From Stenotrophomonas phage IME13: a DNA stretch of 24,000 nucleotides. The notes beneath the pieces were generated by a model that saw only the letters and a list, made by a program, of their open reading frames with translations, searched no databases and was not told the origin of the DNA. The DNA is taken from the sequence record JX306041.1; one strand, written 5' to 3'. A program made the translations under genes and the position numbers. This document shows positions 1 through 7,463 of the stretch, in pieces. Each line of letters starts with the position of its first letter. Within the stretch, counting starts at the first letter, position 1.

Positions 1-269
1 GCCGGAATATCTGAATCAATTTCAGATTGGCATTGCCGAATTTGCTCTTCAAGTACTTCAGTTTCATCGACTTCTTTAACAACCGAAGAATCGAGTACTT
101 CAGTTTCGATTACCGTTTCATCGGTGACCTGGTTGATGGTAATTCCTGCCGGAGGAAACAATTCATCATCTTTGCTTTCATCCCAAGGCGGAGTTTCGGG
201 ATTAGATGCCGGTTTTGCAACCGGCACAATCGGCTCTTGATCAAAAAAATCATCTAAACTAAATGCCAT
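1..269 (-). CDS. Hypothetical acidic protein, N-terminal part (runs off the left window edge)
   Basis: Minus-strand frame from ATG at 267-269 is open to position 1: MAFSLDDFFDQEPIVPVAKPASNPETPPWDESKDDELFPPAGITINQVTDETVIETEVLDSSVVKEVDETEVLEEQIRQCQSEIDSDIPA...; not listed in the ORF track because it has no stop in the window. Confidence 0.7.
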   Translation of the reverse strand, partial: MAFSLDDFFDQEPIVPVAKPASNPETPPWDESKDDELFPPAGITINQVTDETVIETEVLDSSVVKEVDETEVLEEQIRQCQSEIDSDIP

Positions 270-278
270 GGGTATTCC

Positions 279-749
279 TTATCGTTTTTGATATTCGAAA
301 TTATATACCTTAAACAGTTGACGCGAAACAGCAGTGAGCGACTGATATTTGGTGGTGTTATCTTCAAACAGCTCAAGTTGTTGCATATTCAACAGTCTTG
401 GCACCAAGGACATCGGGATATGGTAAACCGTATGTGTCTTGTTTTGACCTGTGACTGAGCGATAAATCTTCCGCGGAAGACCGTCAGTATATTTCCAACA
501 GCAGCTAATTACTCGCGAAATAGTCTCGTTAAAACCAACACTCTTTTCTTGTTGGCCAACAAAAGTACGAGCTACAGCAACACCATCTTTAACGATAACA
601 TAAATGCCGGGCTTGCTAATGCTTTCACGATTTTTGCCAGGCGCAAAAGTGAATTTCACATCCAGGAATTTTCCTGCGTCAAATTCAAAAGCACCAACAC
701 GTTGGGCACCAGTAACTACAATACGTTGAGCAGTAAGATTAGTTTTCAT
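279..749 (-). CDS. Hypothetical protein (156 aa)
   Basis: Complete minus-strand ORF in the dominant coding direction, with a promoter-like element just upstream. Confidence 0.8.
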   Translation of the reverse strand: MKTNLTAQRIVVTGAQRVGAFEFDAGKFLDVKFTFAPGKNRESISKPGIYVIVKDGVAVARTFVGQQEKSVGFNETISRVISCCWKYTDGLPRKIYRSVTGQNKTHTVYHIPMSLVPRLLNMQQLELFEDNTTKYQSLTAVSRQLFKVYNFEYQKR

Positions 750-781
750 GATATTTTTCTCTATTCAATTGGTTGACTTGT

Positions 782-811
782 ATTTTAAACTAACACAGCT
801 GTTAAGCAAAC
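782..811 (-). promoter_or_regulatory. Early-type promoter candidate GTTTGC-18-TAAAAT
   Basis: Minus strand GTTTGC (806-811) and TAAAAT (782-787), 18-nt spacer, upstream of ORF 279-749. Confidence 0.45.
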
Positions 812-904
812 AACTTGATAATCTTTTTCACCATAACTTCCGATTTCAAATTCGCAGAAGTCATGCCAGCTATTTGATTTCAATGTGCTGCAAGAAGTAG
901 AGTT

Positions 905-1147
905 TCATTCTTTCACCTCGATGATGCGATTGCCAAGGTCTGTTATATTGAATGGGTACCATTGAGTACTCATGTAAATTTCGCCGTCGATTTCGATAGT
1001 GTCAGAGCAAACTTTACGCCCGATGTCTTCCATTTCGAAGATTGTATCCCATGAATCAAAAGCAAATGCGAATTCCTGTGCATAATTTTGCTTGGCCCAT
1101 GCGTTGAATTGCTCTTCACTAACAAAACGATACTTAACCATCACCAA
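905..1147 (-). CDS. Hypothetical small protein (80 aa)
   Basis: Minus-strand ORF overlapping the upstream ORF by a few nt, typical of translational coupling. Confidence 0.7.
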   Translation of the reverse strand: MVMVKYRFVSEEQFNAWAKQNYAQEFAFAFDSWDTIFEMEDIGRKVCSDTIEIDGEIYMSTQWYPFNITDLGNRIIEVKE

Positions 1148-1824
1148 CCCTCCATCGGGAATTCCATGTAAACTTGAACTTGACGTCGAATTTCATTCGA
1201 CGGTGTCAGAACTCGATCAGTGTCGCGAGAAACTCGACCAAACCAACGCCAGCCGTTTCTAACCGCTTTTGACCCAGTGTGCCAGGTTTGCCAGTCAAAC
1301 TCTACAAGAGTTCGATCAGGAGCAATATGTTTACTCAACTCGCCAGTTTCGAGTTTAGCCATGACTTCCTGATGCCATTGTCGATAGATAAGTTCACCAT
1401 CAGGAATTTGGCTGAATTCCGATTGTCCTACTGCAAAATGAGTAGGACAGATATCACCATTAACCAAGCCAAGGATATGGCGAGACAGATAACGAGGATT
1501 GTCATAGTCTGGCTGTCCTGCAGTTGCAAAGTGCTGGCCTACCGGAATTGGTGGTCGCGGCACGTCATCATGGTGATATCCGGGAATCGCAGGGTACCAT
1601 CCAGGCATAAGCATGTGAACACGCGAATCGAAAATCACATCGCTTTTCCAATCGAGCGGGAGATTCTCGATGAAACTGCGGGTGATAGGGCCGCCGTTCT
1701 CGTACGCGAATTCCAAGTCTGAGTTGAAAAACATTGGTTCGTTCTTGATTTCGCCGTTGTCGATGTTTTGCGCAAAACCGTTGCGAAGCCTGAATTGGCT
1801 GTCGAATGTTTTAGGACCGTTCAT
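1141..1824 (-). CDS. Hypothetical protein, putative 2OG-Fe(II) oxygenase-like fold
   Basis: 227 aa; GYHHDDVPRPP (HxD-like) and distal WHTGSKAVRNGWRWFGRVS (H...R) pattern resembling the Fe(II)/2-oxoglutarate binding residues of cupin-fold dioxygenases. The call is motif-based only. Confidence 0.8.
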   Translation of the reverse strand: MNGPKTFDSQFRLRNGFAQNIDNGEIKNEPMFFNSDLEFAYENGGPITRSFIENLPLDWKSDVIFDSRVHMLMPGWYPAIPGYHHDDVPRPPIPVGQHFATAGQPDYDNPRYLSRHILGLVNGDICPTHFAVGQSEFSQIPDGELIYRQWHQEVMAKLETGELSKHIAPDRTLVEFDWQTWHTGSKAVRNGWRWFGRVSRDTDRVLTPSNEIRRQVQVYMEFPMEGW

Positions 1825-1836
1825 AACTTACTCCAA

Positions 1837-2001
1837 TTACATTTTTTCTTCTTTGATGAGGGTGATAGTTGCATCTTTATCACCGGTTTCATCCAGATAC
1901 TCACGAAGAGTTTTATTTGCCCAGGATTTACCACGCTTGGTGCCGACGACATAATTAAATGTTTCGGCAGAAGTTTCGCATTTGAAAGTGTAGTTGGTCA
2001 T
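1837..2001 (-). CDS. Hypothetical small protein (54 aa)
   Basis: Translated by hand: MTNYTFKCETSAETFNYVVGTKRGKSWANKTLREYLDETGDKDATITLIKEEKM*; follows an early-type promoter; absent from the ORF track because of its length. Confidence 0.7.
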   Translation of the reverse strand: MTNYTFKCETSAETFNYVVGTKRGKSWANKTLREYLDETGDKDATITLIKEEKM

Positions 2002-2040
2002 AAAATACTCCGCGTTTATCTATTTGTTTAACTTGTGGCT

Positions 2041-2070
2041 ATAGTATCCTATAACCACAAGATTGTAAAC
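2041..2070 (-). promoter_or_regulatory. Early-type promoter GTTTAC-18-TACTAT with inverted repeat spanning the -10
   Basis: -35 at 2065-2070, -10 at 2041-2046; arms 2032-2042 (CTTGTGGCTAT) and 2051-2061 (ATAACCACAAG). Confidence 0.65.
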
Positions 2071-2132
2071 ATGTTTTATTCAGAAAGTGGAACAAAATCA
2101 AAGAAAATCCAATTCACACGTCATACATCTCA

Positions 2133-2783
2133 TCAGAATGTACACCACTTGTTATAAAAATAAACAAATTTGTTGTGCTGTCTATTGACGTATGCCCCGC
2201 CTCCGCGTTTGGGAACGCAGATCACATACGGATAATTTTCCATGGCTCGCTTTGTGAAGAAGTAATTCGGTCTATATGTGATGCGGCCAGCATATTCATT
2301 GATGTTCAATACCAAATAAACATCAGCATCTCCGCGCAAACCGGAGTACAAGCACAGCCCTTCTGATTTGCCGTACGGTTTAGCGCCAGCGGTATGCATC
2401 GTTGGCCATTTAGCAAAAGAAGTCTTTATTTCCAGATTGAACCCAGGTGTTGGCACATCAAAGGTGATATTATTATTGTCTAACCAGTCAAATACTCCCC
2501 AGACACCACCCAGGATATATGCGACACCCATTTCGGCATTCAGTGAATGAACCGTTCTATCAATGACCTCTTGCCGAGAAATATCCTTCCCGGCCGCTTC
2601 ATCAAGAGCATATTGGATGGTATCATCATATCGCCTTTTACGTTTTTCAAAAAGCTCATCCCTCGTATCGGGCTGCTTTTTGAGTTGGTCGCAGATCTGA
2701 AGACGAATAATATCCGCGTCAAACGGCTGGATATGGCGAAGTGCGATAAATTCGTCGTGGGATACGTTCATCGGTACCGTCAT
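2133..2783 (-). CDS. Hypothetical protein, possible PD-(D/E)XK nuclease-like fold
   Basis: 216 aa; upstream Glu in NAEMGVAYILGG, then FDVPTPGFNLEIKTSF containing an E-x-K motif on a predicted strand. Confidence 0.8.
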   Translation of the reverse strand: MTVPMNVSHDEFIALRHIQPFDADIIRLQICDQLKKQPDTRDELFEKRKRRYDDTIQYALDEAAGKDISRQEVIDRTVHSLNAEMGVAYILGGVWGVFDWLDNNNITFDVPTPGFNLEIKTSFAKWPTMHTAGAKPYGKSEGLCLYSGLRGDADVYLVLNINEYAGRITYRPNYFFTKRAMENYPYVICVPKRGGGAYVNRQHNKFVYFYNKWCTF

Positions 2784-3100
2784 TACGATTTCCTCTCAAT
2801 TTCAGAATATGACCATGAAAAATCGGATAAATCAAAGCTTTCTATAAGAGAAATGATTTGTTTAAGAGAAATGATTTGTTTCATTTTCTCGTAATCTTGA
2901 GCATAAAACACTCGGCCAGCAGCAATGAAATGGGTCCATTCTTTTTCGAATGTTCCTAACTGCCAAGATGTTCCTTCAACAACTGCAATTATGTTCTTCG
3001 CTTTCTGTAAGTCATTCGGCGAAATCCAACTATGATTTCCATAACCCGAACCAACAATGTCATCGTCTTTGTAAAATACAACGCTAAATGGTGAGCTCAT
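2783..3100 (-). CDS. Hypothetical protein (105 aa)
   Basis: Minus-strand ORF abutting the downstream ORF. Confidence 0.7.
   Translation of the reverse strand: MSSPFSVVFYKDDDIVGSGYGNHSWISPNDLQKAKNIIAVVEGTSWQLGTFEKEWTHFIAAGRVFYAQDYEKMKQIISLKQIISLIESFDLSDFSWSYSEIERKS
2846..2881. repeat. Perfect 18-bp tandem duplication inside a CDS
   Basis: aagagaaatgatttgttt at 2846-2863 and 2864-2881, giving KQIISLKQIISL in ORF 2783-3100. Confidence 0.95.
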
Positions 3101-3115
3101 ACAACCCCCTTACAA

Positions 3116-3139
3116 ATAAGCCCTCCGAAGAGGGCTTAT
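3116..3139 (-). terminator. Hairpin terminator with C(UUCG)G loop downstream of rIIB
   Basis: ATAAGCCCTC-TTCG-GAGGGCTTAT on the minus strand; 10-bp perfect stem, T-rich flank. Confidence 0.75.
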
Positions 3140-3144
3140 GAAAA

Positions 3145-4086
3145 TTAGTAGTGCTTCATTTCTTTGAAGTCAGAAGTTACTTCGTAAAGAACTTCATATC
3201 CAGCGCAACGCATTTTGGCATTGTTGTAGTCGGTTGGAATAGCGACTACGTCCGCTGGGTTGACCTTGCATGCAATCACTTTTCCAGAACCACCACCATA
3301 ATGAGGGATATACGACTTGGCAGCAACATGAAGACCATGAGAGCAGGTAACGTTAGGGTTTTCATCAACTTGGAAGCGATTGACCTTAACCACTGTTCCG
3401 GGAGAGTTATCGAATTTGCCGGTGTACATATCTTTGAAATTGCTGCTTACTCGCTTCCAAGCAATGAAATGACCATCATCGGTGATTTCAATGTCGTTGT
3501 GTTCCAGGAAGTCGTACAGCTGATATACGGCTCGACGACTTGGGTTAGCCATCAGATTTTCAAAGAATGCAACGAGCGGCTCGAAAGGTTCGCCATTCTG
3601 CATCTTCTCAACGATACGACGAGTTAGGCCCGAATCGATAATGAGGTCTTTGTATTTCAAGGTGCCGCCTTCGATAACCAAATCGCCAGAGACATATCGC
3701 TCAAGACCACGTTTGATATTCAGCATTTCCATTGCTTCATCATATTTTTCTTCGCGCAGAAGACCGATGATTTCCATGAACTTCGGATGGTCGCCAGAAG
3801 CATTATAAGTTTCGGCACCGAGGGTCACAGAAAGGAACTTGGAATTGGCCATCCAGGTACATTCCAGCTTATCAGCAATTTCTTCATCGGCAGGTGAATC
3901 CTCCGGCGCTGCAGCAACCGAGATATCCCAATTTCGGACTTCTTTCAGAACCCGAGCAATTGTATCTACCGATACACAGTATTCGCTTGCCAAATAAGCT
4001 TGAGACACATTGCCTGAAGCATATTTGTCAAAAATCTGTTGCTTGGTTTCATTATCAAAACACTTAACAATTTTAAGCTTAGCCAT
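3145..4086 (-). CDS. rIIB: rIIB-like protein
   Basis: 313 aa adjacent to rIIA; N-terminal HTH-like segment (SQAYLASEYCVSVDTIARVLKE); GHFIAWKRVSSNFKDMYTG...SHGLHVAAKSY typical of the T4 rIIB family. Confidence 0.93.
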   Translation of the reverse strand: MAKLKIVKCFDNETKQQIFDKYASGNVSQAYLASEYCVSVDTIARVLKEVRNWDISVAAAPEDSPADEEIADKLECTWMANSKFLSVTLGAETYNASGDHPKFMEIIGLLREEKYDEAMEMLNIKRGLERYVSGDLVIEGGTLKYKDLIIDSGLTRRIVEKMQNGEPFEPLVAFFENLMANPSRRAVYQLYDFLEHNDIEITDDGHFIAWKRVSSNFKDMYTGKFDNSPGTVVKVNRFQVDENPNVTCSHGLHVAAKSYIPHYGGGSGKVIACKVNPADVVAIPTDYNNAKMRCAGYEVLYEVTSDFKEMKHY

Positions 4087-4112
4087 ATCATACCTCTGTG
4101 CTTTAAGGGCTC

Positions 4113-6230
4113 TTACTGAGCCCGGAGAATTTCGATATCTTTCATGATTTCAGGAGTTAATTCTATACCACTAACTGCAACTGCAAACAATAGCGGGTGT
4201 TTAATTTTCAATGATTCCATGCGGGCATAGAACATTTCAGAATACTTTTTATTCTGTTCATCAACATATTCTTTGATTTCAGCAAAATCGGCATAATCAG
4301 GATTTCCGATTTCAACCCATTGGGATGCATCATTCAGGAAATCATCATTGCTTTCGTCAAACTTTTCGGTTATATCAATTCCAAGAATGCCCATTTGCTT
4401 AAGACGAATTGCTTCTTCATAGTCTCCGATATTAGGGCACTCAGCGCTGAGAATATCAAAAGCATCTTTTGACACTTTGCACTGGTCATATGCCCACTTA
4501 AAACCGCATTTCAAACCAGGAGCCTTTACAGCTGCAGAACGCTTTCCATTATCGATGACGTAAACTTCGGTTGCTCCAATCTGCATCAATTTGCTAGGGG
4601 CATTACGCACGGTGTACGGCGAAGCTTTAAGTGCAATTCTGTCAAATGTATCGTTATACGAAATAACCGCAATTCCTTCAAGAGCTTTTATTTCGGCGGA
4701 TGTCATGTAAACTAATTCGATGTCGCGAATGTCAAAATCATTAATGTAATGACGTTGAACGTTTGGCTTAGGATCGCGACGAGGAGACGTTTTACGCTTA
4801 TGTACCGTATATTCTTTTCGAATATCATCCATTTCACTAAATTTGAGAATTGAGCGTTCGCCAACATCAAACTTCTCGCAAATAGCTTTCATGGTTCGGG
4901 CATATTGAGCGTACTCGTTTTTCTTCAGCTTACGAGTTTTGTTCAACACAACTATCGGAATGGTATTGCCAATATGATGGTGATATGCCCGAACCATATT
5001 TGGAATGCCTTCACCAGTATCATTGATGAGAACATGCACTTTGCGCCGGCTGATGCCAAAGATTTCTGTTGCATCTATATTGGAACTTCTCCACGAATAT
5101 CCCCTCGAGTGTGTAACATGCTGGCGCAAACTACCGCCACGATATGCATAAACGGTAATGTCGCAAAGCTTTGACATATTTGTATATCGATCAATAAGAT
5201 CGTTAATTCGTTCGCCTTCGATGATCAAATCTGAAATAGCTTGACGAACATAGTTGTTGTATCCACTGGCTTTAATTACAGCTTTTCTTTTATCGGTTAT
5301 TCCGTCAAATTCCTTCTTTACCGATTCGGCAAAGTTATCCGAAAAATCACGAAGTCGAGAAACAATGTAATCTTCGCCTTCTTTGGTCAGTGACAGTTCT
5401 TCCCGAGAAGGAGCAATGTCTACTGAGCCAATGGGGCACTTGATATACGCGGCTTTACCGGCATATCGAAATACCATATCGGATTCCAGGAGACGTTGAG
5501 GGATCGGGTACACTACTCCACCAATTACAGCATACACTTCTCCTGAACGACTAAAGTCGTCGGTGTAGAAGAACGAATCTTGATTCGGAAATTCTTCAAT
5601 GCTGCTTGCATCCATATTTGTGATGTAAGGCTTGCAGCGATCAAATGCTCGGTACACTTTGCGAGCCAAAATTTTCCAGCGAGCATGTTCGTGCTCGGGG
5701 ATTGGAACCAGAATCTCGAGACCATCTTCTTCAGTCGTCGGAGTAGTCGACATCGGTGTAGCAAATGGTTCTCCATTATCCATATACATGTTGTAGACGG
5801 TACACATGCCTTTTTGATAGCTTTTTACGGTGAAACCGCCACCCGACTCGCTGTATGCAAATGGAGATTTGCAACCAAGACCGAAACCACCGATTGAATC
5901 ATCGGAACCATCTTTGGTGGAAGCAAAATAGACAGTGAAAATTTCATCAACTTGCTCTTGCGTCAGCCCAGTTCCAAAATCACGGATTACGAACCATGGG
6001 TAAATTGAAGTTGGGAGAGTGACGTTGAACGGAATATGTCCTTTTCCGAGTTCGCAATGGATGTCAACTGCATTACATGAAAGCTCGCGCAAAACTGCTT
6101 CAGCTTTGTCTTTATAAAGCTTTTCAGAAAGTACTTGGAATGCCTTCCGCCCGGCCTGGATTTTAAACCCGGTCCGTTTAGAAGGTGCATTACCAAACAT
6201 CACATCTTGTTCGTTAGAACCAATAATCAT
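4113..6230 (-). CDS. rIIA: rIIA-like protein, GHKL ATPase-like N-terminus
   Basis: 705 aa; LRELSCNAVDIH, VIRDFGTGLTQEQVDEIFTVYFASTK, GGFGLGCKSPFAY; syntenic with rIIB. Confidence 0.95.
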   Translation of the reverse strand: MIIGSNEQDVMFGNAPSKRTGFKIQAGRKAFQVLSEKLYKDKAEAVLRELSCNAVDIHCELGKGHIPFNVTLPTSIYPWFVIRDFGTGLTQEQVDEIFTVYFASTKDGSDDSIGGFGLGCKSPFAYSESGGGFTVKSYQKGMCTVYNMYMDNGEPFATPMSTTPTTEEDGLEILVPIPEHEHARWKILARKVYRAFDRCKPYITNMDASSIEEFPNQDSFFYTDDFSRSGEVYAVIGGVVYPIPQRLLESDMVFRYAGKAAYIKCPIGSVDIAPSREELSLTKEGEDYIVSRLRDFSDNFAESVKKEFDGITDKRKAVIKASGYNNYVRQAISDLIIEGERINDLIDRYTNMSKLCDITVYAYRGGSLRQHVTHSRGYSWRSSNIDATEIFGISRRKVHVLINDTGEGIPNMVRAYHHHIGNTIPIVVLNKTRKLKKNEYAQYARTMKAICEKFDVGERSILKFSEMDDIRKEYTVHKRKTSPRRDPKPNVQRHYINDFDIRDIELVYMTSAEIKALEGIAVISYNDTFDRIALKASPYTVRNAPSKLMQIGATEVYVIDNGKRSAAVKAPGLKCGFKWAYDQCKVSKDAFDILSAECPNIGDYEEAIRLKQMGILGIDITEKFDESNDDFLNDASQWVEIGNPDYADFAEIKEYVDEQNKKYSEMFYARMESLKIKHPLLFAVAVSGIELTPEIMKDIEILRAQ

Positions 6231-6242
6231 TATGTGTTTCCT

Positions 6243-6509
6243 TTATTCAACAATATCGAAATATTTGCGCTCACCCCAGAAAATCCATGCATGATCTTCA
6301 CACTGGCCACCGTCATACTCAAACACTCCGGTGACTTGATTATCGAAACCATCAAGAACAGCCAATACTGGGGTTTTGTCATATTCATCTGCCGGTTCTT
6401 CTCGGCATTCCCATGTATCCATACCGAGAGTGCGAGCAATCCATTCATTGCATTTGGCGATACGTGCAAATGCAACACGATGTGATTCGGATTTAAAGGT
6501 GATTTGCAT
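6243..6509 (-). CDS. Hypothetical small protein (88 aa), FKSxxHRxAFA family
   Basis: MQITFKSESHRVAFARIAKCNEW...; N-terminus resembles ORFs 7085-7333 and 7464-7715. Confidence 0.75.
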   Translation of the reverse strand: MQITFKSESHRVAFARIAKCNEWIARTLGMDTWECREEPADEYDKTPVLAVLDGFDNQVTGVFEYDGGQCEDHAWIFWGERKYFDIVE

Positions 6510-6771
6510 AGCTATGTTCCTTTTTCATGCGTTGTTCCATTTCGGAAACAATTTTGCCCCAATCGGAACCATAGAGATTCGCTTCGTGCACGAGGCCCAA
6601 ATGACACAGCCGGCCAAGTTCTTTGCGGGTTGCAATACCAGCTTTGATATTAGCAATAATTGGGTTAACTTCGTCGCTCAGTTCATCGGCAGTTTCTTCA
6701 TCACCCATGAATCGTACGTTGTTGCGACAAATTCGAACCAGAGCTTCAGATATTTCTTCATGCAGGGTCAT
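6493..6771 (-). CDS. Hypothetical small protein (92 aa)
   Basis: Minus-strand ORF; upstream AAAGGAGGTCATAATG is a strong ribosome-binding site. Confidence 0.75.
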   Translation of the reverse strand: MTLHEEISEALVRICRNNVRFMGDEETADELSDEVNPIIANIKAGIATRKELGRLCHLGLVHEANLYGSDWGKIVSEMEQRMKKEHSYANHL

Positions 6772-6801
6772 AATGACCTCCTTTGTTTTTCTACTGGTGT
6801 T

Positions 6802-6831
6802 ATCCTAACACGGTAAACATTACAATGACAC
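6802..6831 (-). promoter_or_regulatory. Weak early-type promoter candidate GTGTCA-18-TAGGAT with inverted repeat over the -10
   Basis: Inverted repeat GTGTTA-TCC-TAACAC at 6797-6811 centred on the candidate -10; a GTTTAC also lies at 6813-6818. Confidence 0.35.
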
Positions 6832-6927
6832 AGTTAAAGTTAAAATAATTTTAGGATTAACTGGGTTGAACCTGGATAATACCTTATTCTTATGTGAATG
6901 TATTATTGACTAAACTATTGAGTTCAG

Positions 6928-7050
6928 CCAGGTTTACCTGGTTCGACCCTGTCGAACTAACCATTTTTATCCTTTATGGCTTAATAGATATTATAACTAA
7001 AAGGATAAATTCGAGCTTCGCTCGAAGAGGCAAAGCCTCAAACTGGTTTG
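6928..7050. repeat. Tandem array of short perfect hairpins (intergenic)
   Basis: CCAGGT-TT-ACCTGG 6928-6941; GTTCGAC-CCT-GTCGAAC 6941-6957; TTTATCC 6966-6972 with GGATAAA 7003-7009; TTCGAGC-TTC-GCTCGAA 7010-7026; GAGGC-AAA-GCCTC 7027-7039; CAAAC-TG-GTTTG 7039-7050. Confidence 0.8.
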
Positions 7051-7053
7051 ATA

Positions 7054-7081
7054 CAAAAAAAAAGCCGGGCGGCTGCCCGGC
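7054..7081 (-). terminator. Intrinsic terminator downstream of ORF 7085-7333
   Basis: Minus strand GCCGGGC-AGCC-GCCCGGC followed by 10 T residues. Confidence 0.9.
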
Positions 7082-7084
7082 CAG

Positions 7085-7333
7085 TCAATCAATGAACTCG
7101 AAGAAGCAAACTTCGTCGCTAGCGATAGACTCGAACACCGTGCCATCAATGACGATGTCAAACCAGCCAGCAAATGGAGAATTGAGTTTGACAACATCGA
7201 ACTCTTTCATTCCCAAGTGACGAGCGATGCGACGGTTGTTATTTGTGTCGCCCAGAGGTCCAATTGCCCAACGCTTTTCACCGTAGTTGATGAACTGCCG
7301 GCGTGCTTCTTCAGATTTGAAACGTGCTTTCAT
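7085..7333 (-). CDS. Hypothetical small protein (82 aa), FKSxxxRxxF family
   Basis: MKARFKSEEARRQFINYGEKRW...; ends next to a strong terminator. Confidence 0.8.
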   Translation of the reverse strand: MKARFKSEEARRQFINYGEKRWAIGPLGDTNNNRRIARHLGMKEFDVVKLNSPFAGWFDIVIDGTVFESIASDEVCFFEFID

Positions 7334-7418
7334 TTTATTCTCCTACAACGTTAAAGAATTTGAGTGAGACGACTCACTTTTAGATCTAGTGCTTTTGCAG
7401 TTTGTTTAACTTGAGGCT

Positions 7419-7448
7419 ATAGTATCCCATAGCCTCACGGTTGTAAAC
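7419..7448 (-). promoter_or_regulatory. Early-type promoter GTTTAC-18-TACTAT with inverted repeat spanning the -10
   Basis: -35 at 7443-7448, -10 at 7419-7424; arms 7410-7420 (CTTGAGGCTAT) and 7429-7439 (ATAGCCTCACG), same 11-8-11 geometry as the 2041 promoter. Confidence 0.7.
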
Positions 7449-7463
7449 TGCTTTGTTGTGAAA

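Noticed and set aside
52-107. 14-bp direct repeat agtacttcagtttc (52-65 and 94-107)
   Set aside because: It encodes a short ETEVL repeat in an acidic low-complexity region. It is too short and compositionally explicable to claim function.
27-257. Plus-strand ORF (76 aa), and the other plus-strand ORFs in the track generally
   Set aside because: They lie opposite well-supported minus-strand genes, lack family motifs and are shadow ORFs. I found no convincing plus-strand gene in the window.
2113-2150. Extra GTGTAC promoter at 2140-2145
   Set aside because: It lies in the end of ORF 2133-2783 and has no acceptable -10 at 17-18 nt.
6230-6478. Minus-strand 82-aa ORF overlapping 6243-6509
   Set aside because: It is an alternative frame of the same region. 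ORF 6243-6509 has the conserved FKSxxHRxAFA start and better spacing.
6928-6957. tRNA T-arm suggested by GGTTCGA
   Set aside because: The string is part of a GTTCGAC/GTCGAAC palindrome. No acceptor or anticodon stem could be built around it.
6928-7081. CRISPR array
   Set aside because: The hairpins differ in sequence and are not direct repeats with regular spacers.
6997-7197. Minus-strand 66-aa ORF
   Set aside because: It runs through the strong terminator at 7054-7081 and overlaps ORF 7085-7333 in another frame.
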